DNA of 64,000 bases, from assembly GCA_036337275.1 (NCBI GenBank), contig JAYZEM010000003.1, positions 148,756 through 212,755 on the forward strand. Reading direction: 5' to 3'. Numbering within the stretch: the stretch's first letter is position 1; each line of letters opens with the position of its first letter. The position numbers were made by a program, and so were the translations under genes. Positions 48,822 to 58,586 of this stretch are shown here, piece by piece. The notes beneath the pieces were generated by a model. The model was not told the DNA's origin, searched no databases, and was given only the letters and a program-made list of their open reading frames with translations. Source of the DNA: Bacteroidota bacterium. GTDB taxonomy: Bacteria; Bacteroidota; Bacteroidia; Flavobacteriales; BACL11.

Positions 48822-49607
48822 ATGAATCTAAAGTTAGAAAAACCTATTGTATTTTTTGATTTGGAAACAACAGGAGTGCAAATTGCAAAAGACAGAATTG
48901 TAGAAATTTCTATTCTTAAAGTTTTCCCAAATGGCAATAAAGAAAGTAAAACTTGGTTAGTAAATCCTACTATCCCTATTCCTTTAGAATCTACAAAAAT
49001 TCATGGGATATCTGATGAGAAAGTAGCCAATGAACCTACTTTCAAAGGTCTTGCTCCAGAGATTTCAGAACTAATAAGTAATTGTGATTTAGCAGGTTAT
49101 AACTCCAATAAATTTGATATTCCACTACTGGCTGAAGAGTTTTTAAGAACTGGAGTTGATTTTGATATAAAGGCCAGAAAAGCAGTTGATGTACAGAATA
49201 TTTTTCATAAAATGGAGCAAAGAACACTAATAGCTGCTTATAAATTCTATTGTGATAAAGATCTAACTGATGCCCATTCAGCTGAGGCAGATACTACTGC
49301 AACTTATGAAGTTTTACTCTCTCAGTTAGAAAAATATGATGAGTTAGAAAACAATGTTAACTTCCTTGCTGATTTTTCTCAAAGAGGTGGGAAATTTGCA
49401 GATATGGCTGGATTTGTTCGCTATAATGAAGAAGAAGAAGAAATCCTAAGTTTTGGAAAGTACAAAGGAGTAACTTTAAAACAAATTTGGAATGAAAATC
49501 CAGGATATTTTTCTTGGATTAATCAAGCAGATTTTCCGCTCTACACCAAAAATGTGATGCGCAATTTTGCTAATGAAATGAAACTGAAGAATAAGTTTAA
49601 TTCATAA
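48822..49607 (+). CDS. DEDDh 3'-5' exonuclease (DnaQ/epsilon-like domain)
   Basis: Exo I FFDLETTG, Exo II AGYNSNKFDIPLL and Exo III HSAEADT. A near-consensus box TACCTTTA sits 4 nt before the ATG. Confidence 0.8.
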   Translation: MNLKLEKPIVFFDLETTGVQIAKDRIVEISILKVFPNGNKESKTWLVNPTIPIPLESTKIHGISDEKVANEPTFKGLAPEISELISNCDLAGYNSNKFDIPLLAEEFLRTGVDFDIKARKAVDVQNIFHKMEQRTLIAAYKFYCDKDLTDAHSAEADTTATYEVLLSQLEKYDELENNVNFLADFSQRGGKFADMAGFVRYNEEEEEILSFGKYKGVTLKQIWNENPGYFSWINQADFPLYTKNVMRNFANEMKLKNKFNS

Positions 49608-49610
49608 GGT

Positions 49611-50222
49611 ATGAAAATAATCTGCATTGGAAGAAATTATCTAAATCATGTTAAGGAATTAGGTAATGCAATCCCTACAGAACCTTTATTCTTTCTAAAA
49701 CCAGAAACTGCTATTCAGCCCAAAGAACATCCCTTTTTTATTCCAGATTTCTCCAATGAAATACATTTTGAAGTGGAATTGGTAGTGAAAATTGATAAGA
49801 TTGGGAAAAACATTGATGAAAAATTTGCATATAAATATTATTCGGAAATAGGGTTAGGCATTGACTTTACTGCTCGTGATATTCAAGAACAGTGTAAAGA
49901 AAAAGGTTTACCTTGGGAAAAAGCGAAAAGTTTTGATGGATCAGCCCAAATCAGTAGAACATTTATTAATAAATCAGATCTAGACTTAGAAGATATTACA
50001 TTTTCATTAGAAAAAAATGGAAAGCAAGTGCAAAGCGGAAACAGCAAAGAGATGCTCTTTTCTATTGACAAACTTATTGCCTATCTTTCTCGGTTTTACA
50101 CCTTAAAAATTGGTGACTTAATTTATACCGGCACGCCTGAAGGAGTTGGAAAAATTGAAAAAGGAGATGTTTTAAAGGGGTTTATTTATAAGCAGAAAAT
50201 GTTTACTGTTTTGGTAAAATAA
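49611..50222 (+). CDS. Fumarylacetoacetate hydrolase family protein
   Basis: 203 aa with KIICIGRNY, the E...E..L acidic metal-ligand pattern (FEVELVV), GDLIYTGTPEGVG. Confidence 0.8.
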   Translation: MKIICIGRNYLNHVKELGNAIPTEPLFFLKPETAIQPKEHPFFIPDFSNEIHFEVELVVKIDKIGKNIDEKFAYKYYSEIGLGIDFTARDIQEQCKEKGLPWEKAKSFDGSAQISRTFINKSDLDLEDITFSLEKNGKQVQSGNSKEMLFSIDKLIAYLSRFYTLKIGDLIYTGTPEGVGKIEKGDVLKGFIYKQKMFTVLVK

Positions 50223-50223
50223 A

Positions 50224-51852
50224 TTACTCTGCAACTATTACTTTCTCTACAAATTCTTGACCATCAATATTAATCTTTAAAAAGTAAGTCCCAACTGCAT
50301 TTCTTCTTAAAAAAGAGATTGGAATCTGATTGTTAGTTTCTCTAGATAAATTGTGTTTAGATTGCGCTATTTTTCTACCCCCAATATCATAAACTTCCAT
50401 ATTCATTATATCCGTATTAGCAGCATAAACATATAGATTGCTATTTGCACTTATTGGATTTGCCGTAATAGCAAATACCTCAGCTTTTTCTGGATTTTTA
50501 GGCTCTGACAAAAGCAAATCTGCTAAAGCAAAATTAGGCAAACCGTAACCCAAAGAATCATTTGGACGCTTATTCAAATGTGCACTCTTAATGATTGCAT
50601 TAATAATTTCCATATTTGTTCTGTTAGGATGAGCTTGCCATAAACAAGCAGTCATTCCAGCAACAATAGGTGAAGCAAAAGAAGTGCCATTTCCCGCCAA
50701 AATACTATTATCTGATGTAGCAACTATGGTATTTCTTCCTTGTGCAACCACTGTAGGTTTGACCCTGCCATCAAATGAAGGTCCGTAAGAAGAAAACCAA
50801 GCAAAATCGGTATATTCATCAACTGCTCCTACCGATAAAATACTATCTGCATCAGCAGGAGCACCAATATAATGCCAACTTGCTGAACCTGAATTACCGG
50901 CAGAATTAACAACTATCATACCTTTCTGTGCTGCAATAGTAGCTGCAATACTTACTGGAGCTATTCTTCCATTCATATCTGCATAGGTGTGGTTTTGGCT
51001 TGGATTATCAAAAGTGGTGTATCCCAAAGAAGAATTGATAATATCAACTCCTACGCTATCGGAAAATTCAGCTGCACAAAGCCAATTGTACTCTTCAATT
51101 AAATTTTCAGAATCAACATCTTCTGTTCGCAAAAGCCAAAAAGAAGCCTCAGGAGAAGTTCCAATTATTTGATCTTTATTTTCAGCTCCCATAGTAGAAA
51201 GCACCATCATCCCATGACTGTGTTCATCAAAAACATTATTGTTTTTCTTAACAAAATCCTTTGTACCAAGAGTTCTGTTTTCGGCAAACAACTGCTCGAA
51301 TGCAATCATCTCATCTGCTTTGTTAAATCCAGCATCCAAAACGGCAATTATCTTTCCTGCTCCTTTCAGATTTTTGTTATGTAAAAAATCCCCATTTAGC
51401 ATGACTAATTGATTATGAGATGCGCCATAATCTGCTTTTAAAAATTCAGTACTAAACTTGGATTTTGTTTTTTGATTGTTTTTTTTCTCCTTCCAACTAC
51501 CAAAATAAAAAACGGATTCAACAAAAGAGAAGTTAACTTGATTAACTAGAGAAGAATCATTTGACTGTACCACAACTCCATTGAACCATTTTGAACGATT
51601 TAATATTTCAAAACCCAAATTATAAATACTATCTGCATACCAAGTATTAACAGGTAGATCTTCCAATTTAATAGCGATATTTTGATTTCCTCTTCTTGCA
51701 ATTGCTTTTTCTGATATGAAGTCTTCAGGACTTGAAATGGAAAAATTGGAATTATCTTTATCAGTAAATCCTATCCAATATTTGTAGGTAATGGAATCTT
51801 GTTGAGCAAAAGTAGAAACAGAGATGAATAGTAAAAATAAAAATTTTAGCAT
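50224..51852 (-). CDS. S8 (subtilisin-family) serine peptidase with a T9SS type-A C-terminal sorting domain
   Basis: It has a signal peptide. The catalytic triad contexts are AVLDAGF (D), HGMMVLS (H) and GTSFASPIVAG (S). The last ~75 aa (...MEVYDIGGRKI...GTYFLKINIDGQEFVEKVIV) follow the type-A CTD pattern. Confidence 0.85.
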   Translation of the reverse strand: MLKFLFLLFISVSTFAQQDSITYKYWIGFTDKDNSNFSISSPEDFISEKAIARRGNQNIAIKLEDLPVNTWYADSIYNLGFEILNRSKWFNGVVVQSNDSSLVNQVNFSFVESVFYFGSWKEKKNNQKTKSKFSTEFLKADYGASHNQLVMLNGDFLHNKNLKGAGKIIAVLDAGFNKADEMIAFEQLFAENRTLGTKDFVKKNNNVFDEHSHGMMVLSTMGAENKDQIIGTSPEASFWLLRTEDVDSENLIEEYNWLCAAEFSDSVGVDIINSSLGYTTFDNPSQNHTYADMNGRIAPVSIAATIAAQKGMIVVNSAGNSGSASWHYIGAPADADSILSVGAVDEYTDFAWFSSYGPSFDGRVKPTVVAQGRNTIVATSDNSILAGNGTSFASPIVAGMTACLWQAHPNRTNMEIINAIIKSAHLNKRPNDSLGYGLPNFALADLLLSEPKNPEKAEVFAITANPISANSNLYVYAANTDIMNMEVYDIGGRKIAQSKHNLSRETNNQIPISFLRRNAVGTYFLKINIDGQEFVEKVIVAE

Positions 51853-51853
51853 A

Positions 51854-52942
51854 TTATCGTTTCATAATAAAACCACCTGCGATTAGATCATCACCCTCAT
51901 ATATAGCTGCCGATTGCCCTGGAGCTATTCCCTCTACTTTGCTATGAAAAAGCACTTTTAGGTTTTCTCCTTCATTGGTTATTGTTGCCATTTCTCCCCT
52001 ATGCTTATAGCGTACTTTAACTAGAGATTGCATACCATTCTCAATTTTAGGATATTTTAGATAATTCACATCTCGCACAAAAATTTCTTGCTTTCTTAAA
52101 TCTTCTTTTGTGCCAACTATAACTGTGTTTTCATCAGGATTGATTCCAATAACATAAGTAGGATTTTTGCCTAATGAAACGCCTAATTTTCTTTGCCCTA
52201 TAGTATAAAAAGGATAGCCATCGTGTGTGCCAATTATATCACCATCAACCGAAACAAATTTTCCATCTTTTACTTTTTCCTCTAGACCATTAACTCTCCT
52301 TTTTAAGAATCCTCTATAATCGTTATCTGGTATAAAGCAGATTTCATAACTCTCGTTTTTTTCAGCAAGCATCTTGTATCCTCTATCAATAGCCATTTGC
52401 TTGATGTCTTTTTTATGATACTTACCTATAGGAAAAATGGTTCTGCTTAAACAATCTTGAGTAACACCCCAGAGCACATAGGATTGATCTTTGCTTTCAT
52501 CCAATCCTTTTGAAACCACATACCTATCATTTTCTTTTCTAACTTGTGCGTAATGTCCTGTAGCAATGTATTCGCATTTTAGCATATCTGCTCTTTTTAA
52601 CAGGGCTTCCCATTTGATATGTGTATTGCAAAGCACGCATGGGTTTGGCGTTCTTCCTGCAATGTATTCATCAACAAAATTATCAATAATATAATCTCCA
52701 AATTCTTCTCTGATATCTAAAATGGTATGAGGAAAACCGCAATCAACAGCCAACTTTCGCGCATCATTTATAGAGTCTAAACTACAACAACCTGTCTCTT
52801 TTTTACTCCCTCCAGAACTAGCATAATCCCAAGTTTTCATGGTTAAGCCAATTACTTCATAGCCTTGTTCATGCAGAATAAGGGAAGCCATGGTACTATC
52901 AATACCGCCACTCATTGCCATTAAAACCCTTCGTTTACTCAT
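51854..52942 (-). CDS. mnmA: tRNA 2-thiouridine(34) synthase MnmA
   Basis: PP-loop AMSGGIDS, NPCVLCN and the catalytic Cys region. It is 362 aa. Confidence 0.9.
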   Translation of the reverse strand: MSKRRVLMAMSGGIDSTMASLILHEQGYEVIGLTMKTWDYASSGGSKKETGCCSLDSINDARKLAVDCGFPHTILDIREEFGDYIIDNFVDEYIAGRTPNPCVLCNTHIKWEALLKRADMLKCEYIATGHYAQVRKENDRYVVSKGLDESKDQSYVLWGVTQDCLSRTIFPIGKYHKKDIKQMAIDRGYKMLAEKNESYEICFIPDNDYRGFLKRRVNGLEEKVKDGKFVSVDGDIIGTHDGYPFYTIGQRKLGVSLGKNPTYVIGINPDENTVIVGTKEDLRKQEIFVRDVNYLKYPKIENGMQSLVKVRYKHRGEMATITNEGENLKVLFHSKVEGIAPGQSAAIYEGDDLIAGGFIMKR

Positions 52943-53609
52943 TATAATTTATTGTAGTATCTTGTAAGCCTTCTTTTGAAAAATACTGCCATTCTCCTAC
53001 CCTCAAATTTTTTTCATAATGACCCTCAAAATCAACTCTTCCGTTTGGATGATAATAACTGTACTTTCCACTTAAAACACCATTTTCAAAAAAAGTTGCC
53101 ATTAATTTTTCTCCTGAAAGATAAAATTGCTCCCATTTCCCATTTTCTACTCCATTTTTCCAATGCTTAATCTCATATAAATTTCCTTCTTCATAAAAAG
53201 TTTTGCTTATACCATCTAATTTTCCTTCTTTGTATTGCTCACTTAAGATTACAACTTCATCTTCATTATAATAATTCCAAGTACTATCTTTTAACTGGTT
53301 AACATACAATCCTGATATTTTCAATTTACCTTTTTTATAAAAAGCATGTGTTGATGCAGCCCTGCCATTATGAAAAAACTCCTGAGTTACTTTCAGTTCT
53401 CCACTTTCATAATAAAACTTGAAGACGCCTTGCTCAACATCATCCTTAAAAGTACCTTCATATTTTAAATTACCATTCTCATAATTCTTTTTCCACAAAC
53501 CTTGTTTTAGCCCTCGATCATCTACTTGATTGATAGTTTGACCAAAAGAAAGAAAAGGAACTGCAAGAAAGAAAAAAAGGAGTTTTTTTATCATCTGAAT
53601 TTTTTGCAA
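52935..53609 (-). CDS. MORN-repeat-variant (YwqK-like) secreted protein
   Basis: It has a signal peptide and repeated G.W..YYENG.LK.EG.F..G...G.W units (about 7). It overlaps the mnmA start by 8 nt. Confidence 0.65.
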   Translation of the reverse strand: MQKIQMIKKLLFFFLAVPFLSFGQTINQVDDRGLKQGLWKKNYENGNLKYEGTFKDDVEQGVFKFYYESGELKVTQEFFHNGRAASTHAFYKKGKLKISGLYVNQLKDSTWNYYNEDEVVILSEQYKEGKLDGISKTFYEEGNLYEIKHWKNGVENGKWEQFYLSGEKLMATFFENGVLSGKYSYYHPNGRVDFEGHYEKNLRVGEWQYFSKEGLQDTTINYNE

Positions 53610-53635
53610 ATATAGAAAGAAAAAGGGTATAAATA

Positions 53636-54769
53636 TTAGGATAATTCCTTATGTAAAGATTTAATATTGTCGATCATCTTATCCCAAGAATATTTTGATT
53701 TTTCGGCTATAACTCCATTGATAAACTCATCTTCTTTTGCATTGGAAAAGAAATCAAACAAGCAGTTAGCAACATCCTTTGCTTTAGGCTCACAAACATA
53801 ACCAACCTTTTTATTGGGAACAATTTCTTTTAATCCTCCAACATTGGTTACAAGCATTGGTTTTTCAAAATGATAAGCAATTTGTGTAACACCACTCTGG
53901 GTAGCATTTTTATAGGGCTGCACTATTATATCAGATGCGCAAAAGTAATTCACTACCTCATTATCTGGAATAAAGTTAGTATGTAGAATTACGGAATCAC
54001 TTAAATTGTATCTAGTTATTAGATCATGATAAGGCTTATCATCTTCATAAAATTCCCCAGCAACTATTAGCTTTATATTTTGGTTTTGCAATCTACTATC
54101 TGCAAAAGCTTCTAACAATATATCCAAACCTTTATATTTACGAATAATCCCAAAAAATAACATGTATTTGTAATTTTGATCTATACCCAAATTACGAATC
54201 GCATCTCCTTTTTCAATAGCTGTGCCAAAATTATCATACAAAGGATGAACGCCTAAATTTTTCTTTTTGTTTTTATCAAATTTCTCCAAATCATTAAAAA
54301 CACTCTCGGACATGGCAACAAAACCATCTACACTATTTACAAAATACAAATTCAACAAATAATCTCCAATCCTTTTTTCATGAGGAATTAGGTTGTCAAC
54401 CACGCAAATTACTTTTGTATGCTTATTGCGCTTTACAATCCTTGCAATAGTTCCTAAGCAAGGGGCCATAAAAGGAATCCAATATTTTAAAATTAAAATA
54501 TCAGGATTTTGTTTTTTTATTTTTCTTCCAATCTGTAGCCAATTGAAAGGATTAATTGAACTTACTTCTGATGTAATTTCCAAATCTTTTGGCTTATCAC
54601 TTGTTGAATATTGTGACTTTCCTGGAAATAGGAAATTGGGATACTGAAGCGAAAATGTACTAATATTCACATCATCATTAGCAGTTTTAAATGCCCTAGC
54701 GAGGCGCTCTGTAAATACAGCAATTCCACCTCTGTATGGAAAAGCTGTGCTTAAAATAGTAATCTTCAT
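53636..54769 (-). CDS. Family-4-like (GT-B) glycosyltransferase
   Basis: 377 aa with a GT-B layout. The C-terminal half has YKGLDILLEAF...LIVAGE...PYKNATQSGVTQIAYHFEKPMLVTNVGGLKEIV, the E-x7-E region. Confidence 0.7.
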   Translation of the reverse strand: MKITILSTAFPYRGGIAVFTERLARAFKTANDDVNISTFSLQYPNFLFPGKSQYSTSDKPKDLEITSEVSSINPFNWLQIGRKIKKQNPDILILKYWIPFMAPCLGTIARIVKRNKHTKVICVVDNLIPHEKRIGDYLLNLYFVNSVDGFVAMSESVFNDLEKFDKNKKKNLGVHPLYDNFGTAIEKGDAIRNLGIDQNYKYMLFFGIIRKYKGLDILLEAFADSRLQNQNIKLIVAGEFYEDDKPYHDLITRYNLSDSVILHTNFIPDNEVVNYFCASDIIVQPYKNATQSGVTQIAYHFEKPMLVTNVGGLKEIVPNKKVGYVCEPKAKDVANCLFDFFSNAKEDEFINGVIAEKSKYSWDKMIDNIKSLHKELS

Positions 54770-55725
54770 TAGACGCCTATTTTTTGCTCAATTTGATAAT
54801 TGTTTCTGTCGGCAGAATTTCTTGAAATCATTTCAGCAATAAAACCTGAAAGGAATAATTGCGCACCTATAACCATGGATGTTAAAGCAATATAAAATCC
54901 TGACATCTCGGCAATATTTTTAGCTGGAAAACCAGCAAACATAGCATATAATTTAGCTCCTCCAATGTAAGAAAACAAACCAAAACCAAGCACAAACATT
55001 AAAGTACCAAATACACCAAAAAAGTGCATTGGTTTTTTTCCAAAACGAGAGACAAATGTAATGGTCATTAAGTCAAGAAACCCATTGATAAAGCGCTCCA
55101 TTCCAAATTTCGTTACGCCATATTTTCTGGCTTGATGTTCAACTACTTTTTCTGTAATGTTTGAAAAGCCTGCCCATTTAGCAATTACTGGAAGATAGCG
55201 GTGCATCTCCCCTCTTACTTCAATACATTTCACTACTGCATTTTTATAGGCTTTAAGTCCGCAATTAAAATCGTGTAAATAAATGCCAGAGGCTTTACGT
55301 GCTGCCCAATTGAAAAGTTTAGTCGGAATAGTTTTGGAAAGCGGATCGTATCTTTTTTTCTTCCAGCCAGAAACCAAATCATAGCCATCTTTCACAATCA
55401 AATTGTATAATGCTGGAATTTCTTCCGGATTATCTTGTAAATCAGCATCCATTGTAACAACTACTTTTCCTTTTACCTGAGAAAAACCAACATTTAATGC
55501 TGCTGATTTTCCATAGTTTCTTCTGAATTTTATCCCTTTAACATTTTGATTGGCAGCAGAAATTTGTTCTATACTATTCCAAGATTTATCCTTACTTCCA
55601 TCATCAATTAATATAACTTCATAAGAAAAGTTATTTTGTTGCATTACTTTGTCAATAAGGCTGCATAGTTCTTGCAAAGATTCTTCTTCATTAAATAATG
55701 GGATTACTACACTAATATTCATCAT
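54769..55725 (-). CDS. Polyprenyl-phosphate glycosyltransferase, family 2 (GtrB/ArnC/DPM1-like)
   Basis: SVVIPLFNEEESL, LIDDGSKD and TMDADLQD (DxD), plus two C-terminal TM helices. Confidence 0.8.
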   Translation of the reverse strand: MMNISVVIPLFNEEESLQELCSLIDKVMQQNNFSYEVILIDDGSKDKSWNSIEQISAANQNVKGIKFRRNYGKSAALNVGFSQVKGKVVVTMDADLQDNPEEIPALYNLIVKDGYDLVSGWKKKRYDPLSKTIPTKLFNWAARKASGIYLHDFNCGLKAYKNAVVKCIEVRGEMHRYLPVIAKWAGFSNITEKVVEHQARKYGVTKFGMERFINGFLDLMTITFVSRFGKKPMHFFGVFGTLMFVLGFGLFSYIGGAKLYAMFAGFPAKNIAEMSGFYIALTSMVIGAQLFLSGFIAEMISRNSADRNNYQIEQKIGV

Positions 55726-56246
55726 TATGCTATTTCGTTTGGATTATCTTTTTTAACAAATATGGAAATAATCAATGAATAAATAAAACCCATAAAAGTA
55801 CCCCCTAAAACACCTAAAATAAGCATCCAGTGAGGTTGTACAAATTTTGATGTTATTTCCAATCCTAATTCTATTTCCTCATCTGATATTTCAGGATTAG
55901 ATTCTAGCATGGCTTGCTCAGCTTGTTGTATAATCTCATTTAATGTATCTGGTTCAATATAATTAATAAAAATAAAGGTGTAGAATGCCAAAATTACAGA
56001 AGAGAAAAAAGCAACTGAAGTGCCTAATTTTAAAGAATTTCCATAAGAAATAAAGCCATTATTCTCAGTATCTCTAAACTGTATTATTGAATAAGCAATT
56101 CCAGCTATAATTAATCCATTATTTAAAATTGATGGTACTAACGAACCATTTTTATCTATCCCAAAACTCCACACAACGGCTGCAATAGCAACTAAGCAAA
56201 GCCCTAAAATAGCCCCATAGTTCATTGCAAATTTTCTTGAATTCAT
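55725..56246 (-). CDS. DUF4199-like small polytopic membrane protein
   Basis: I prefer the start at MNSRKFAMNYGAILG (cat at 56244-56246). The longer track ORF would run into the SRP RNA gene and its promoter. It has 4 TM helices and an acidic loop. The family name is assigned by pattern memory only. Confidence 0.5.
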   Translation of the reverse strand: MNSRKFAMNYGAILGLCLVAIAAVVWSFGIDKNGSLVPSILNNGLIIAGIAYSIIQFRDTENNGFISYGNSLKLGTSVAFFSSVILAFYTFIFINYIEPDTLNEIIQQAEQAMLESNPEISDEEIELGLEITSKFVQPHWMLILGVLGGTFMGFIYSLIISIFVKKDNPNEIA

Positions 56247-56273
56247 TCTTAAAATTTCTAAAATTAAATCAGA

Positions 56274-56281
56274 CAAAGATA
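56274..56281 (-). promoter_or_regulatory. -7 box (TATCTTTG on the minus strand) for the DUF4199-GT2-GT4 operon
   Basis: Plus-strand caaagata is the RC of TATCTTTG, 27 nt upstream of the ATG at 56246. Confidence 0.45.
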
Positions 56282-56329
56282 AACAAAATAGAATTACAAA
56301 ATTCCTTATATCTTTTTTGAGAATAATCT

Positions 56330-56337
56330 TATTTTTG
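56330..56337 (+). promoter_or_regulatory. -7 box TATTTTTG for the SRP RNA
   Basis: Perfect TAnnTTTG, 6-8 nt before the first base of the terminal helix of the SRP RNA. Confidence 0.5.
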
Positions 56338-56343
56338 CCCCCT

Positions 56344-56444
56344 AAGGGCAAGTCTTATGCGACCAGCTCCCTATGAATCCCCCAGGACCGGAAGGTAGCA
56401 AGGGTGTTAGGTTGTAGCGGTGCGATATAAGTAGCTTGCCCTTT
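56344..56444 (+). ncRNA. ffs: Signal recognition particle RNA (small, 4.5S type)
   Basis: The domain IV core CCAGGACC-GGAA-GGTAGCAAGGG has a GGAA tetraloop closed by ACC/GGT and a conserved AGCA. The terminal helix aagggcaagt...agcttgccctt closes the molecule and is followed by a T-run (tttcttttttt). Ends are good to about +/-4 nt. Confidence 0.75.
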
Positions 56445-56451
56445 CTTTTTT

Positions 56452-58548
56452 TCAGCTGATTCTACTCCAACCCATTCGCTCTCTAGCATAAGGCTTATAG
56501 GCTCTTGCAAAATTGATGTTTTCTACCTTTGCTAAAATCTCATCTTCTGCTAGCAATTTTTCTGCTTCCTTCCTTGCATATGTTAAGATTTTCCCATCTT
56601 TTATCAGATCTGCAATTTTGAAATTCAACATTCCGCTTTGTTTGGTGCCCATCATATCGCCTGGCCCTCTTAATTTTAAATCGACCTCCGATATTTTGAA
56701 ACCATCATTTGTGCTCACCATGGTTTCTAAACGAATTTTCCCTTCATTACTTATTTTATGTCCTGATAGCAAAATACAATAAGACTGCTCTCCTCCTCTC
56801 CCAACTCTACCCCTTAGTTGATGTAATTGAGAAAGCCCAAAGCGTTCAGCACTTTCAATAAGCATTACAGTAGCATTTGGCACATCTACTCCAACCTCTA
56901 TAACGGTAGTGGCTACCATAATATTTGTTATGCCGTCTACAAATCTTTGCATTTCATATTCTTTATCTTCAGCTTTCATCCTGCCATGCACTACACTAAC
57001 CTGAAAATCTGGCATTGGAAACTCTGCTGAAATTGCTTTATAGCCATCGATTAAATCTTTATAATCTAACTTTTCACTTTCTTGAATAAGTGGGAAAACC
57101 ACATAAACCTGTCTTCCTAATGCAATTTGTTCGTGCATAAATTTATTCACTTTTAACCGGCTGCTATCTGAGCGCCAAAAAGTTTTTATCTGTTTTCTTC
57201 CTGGAGGAAGCTGATCAATTATAGAAACATCCAAATTGCCATAAAGCGTCATTGATAAGGTTCTTGGGATTGGAGTTGCTGTCATTACTAAAATATGAGG
57301 AGGTGTTGTGTTTTTTTTCCATAACTTTGCCCTTTGCGCTACACCGAATCTGTGCTGTTCATCAATTACAACTAACCCCAAATTATTAAAAACTACTTTA
57401 TCTTCCAAAAGCGCATGTGTACCAATTAAAATATCAATTGCCCCATTTTCTAATTTCTGATGCAATTCATTGCGTTCTTTTGTTTTTGACGAACCAGTAA
57501 GTATTGCTACTTCTATCTCAAGATTTTTCAACTCATTTGAAATATTCTTAAAATGCTGTTGGGCCAATATTTCTGTTGGCGCCATCATACAAGTTTGAAA
57601 ATTATTATCTACCGCCATTAACATTGCAAGCAGTGCAACCAAAGTTTTCCCGCTACCTACATCTCCCTGCAAAAGTCGATTCATTTGAATGCCATTTTTT
57701 ACATCCGCTCTTATCTCTTTCAGTACTTTTTTTTGTGCACTGGTAAGTTCAAATGATAGCGATTCATTGTAATATGCATTAAAAACTGTATCCACTTTTT
57801 CAAATAAAAGACCCTTATATTTTTTTTCTCTAGTTAGCTTCATTTTCAGTAGATGAAACTGCAAGAAAAATAATTCTTCAAATTTTAATCTTTTTTGCGC
57901 TCTTTCTAAGCTTTTTAGACTATTCGGATTATGAGTATTAATTAATGCATCTTCTTTGTTTGGAAGTACTAATCTGCTTAACATCTCTTCCGATAAAGTC
58001 TCATCAATTTTGTTTTCAACTTGAAGAAGTAACGTTTTTATTAATTTATGTATCCCTCTACTATTTAACCCTTTTGTACTTAATTTTTCTGAAGAATGAT
58101 ATACTGGCTGTAAAGGTGATTTTTCAGCCTCTTTTACATCTAATATATCTATTTCTGGATGCACAATATTGATTTTACCTTGAAAAGTTGTTGGCTTACC
58201 AAACACCAAATATTCAGTATTTAAATTTACACCTTTTTTTATCCACCGAATACCTTTAAACCAAATGAGTTCTATTATGCCGCTCTCATCTTTGAAATGC
58301 GCAATTAATCTTTTTGCTCTTTTTTGCCCTTTCTCCTCAAAACGAATAATCTTACCTTTTAATTGAATATAAGGCATATCTAAATTTAATTCAGAGATTT
58401 TATACAACTGACTTCTGTCGATATAACGAAAAGGGAAATAGTTAAGTAAGTCTGAAAAAGTAAAAATATTTAACTCTTTTTTAAGCAGTTCTGCACGCAT
58501 TGGCCCCACTCCTTTTAAATATGCTATAGGCGTATCAAGAAAATGCAT
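56452..58548 (-). CDS. recG: ATP-dependent DNA helicase RecG
   Basis: 698 aa with a wedge domain N-terminus, GDVGSGKT (I), VIDEQHRFGV (II) and QLHQLRGRVGRG (VI). Confidence 0.9.
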   Translation of the reverse strand: MHFLDTPIAYLKGVGPMRAELLKKELNIFTFSDLLNYFPFRYIDRSQLYKISELNLDMPYIQLKGKIIRFEEKGQKRAKRLIAHFKDESGIIELIWFKGIRWIKKGVNLNTEYLVFGKPTTFQGKINIVHPEIDILDVKEAEKSPLQPVYHSSEKLSTKGLNSRGIHKLIKTLLLQVENKIDETLSEEMLSRLVLPNKEDALINTHNPNSLKSLERAQKRLKFEELFFLQFHLLKMKLTREKKYKGLLFEKVDTVFNAYYNESLSFELTSAQKKVLKEIRADVKNGIQMNRLLQGDVGSGKTLVALLAMLMAVDNNFQTCMMAPTEILAQQHFKNISNELKNLEIEVAILTGSSKTKERNELHQKLENGAIDILIGTHALLEDKVVFNNLGLVVIDEQHRFGVAQRAKLWKKNTTPPHILVMTATPIPRTLSMTLYGNLDVSIIDQLPPGRKQIKTFWRSDSSRLKVNKFMHEQIALGRQVYVVFPLIQESEKLDYKDLIDGYKAISAEFPMPDFQVSVVHGRMKAEDKEYEMQRFVDGITNIMVATTVIEVGVDVPNATVMLIESAERFGLSQLHQLRGRVGRGGEQSYCILLSGHKISNEGKIRLETMVSTNDGFKISEVDLKLRGPGDMMGTKQSGMLNFKIADLIKDGKILTYARKEAEKLLAEDEILAKVENINFARAYKPYARERMGWSRIS

Positions 58549-58586
58549 GGGGTAAAGATAGAAATAGTTATAAGAAATCTTAAGAT

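Noticed and set aside
52935-53609. A YwqK-type 'antitoxin' suggesting a toxin-antitoxin pair
   Set aside because: There is no adjacent toxin ORF. The protein has a signal peptide and is simply a MORN-repeat-variant protein. It overlaps mnmA in a housekeeping operon.
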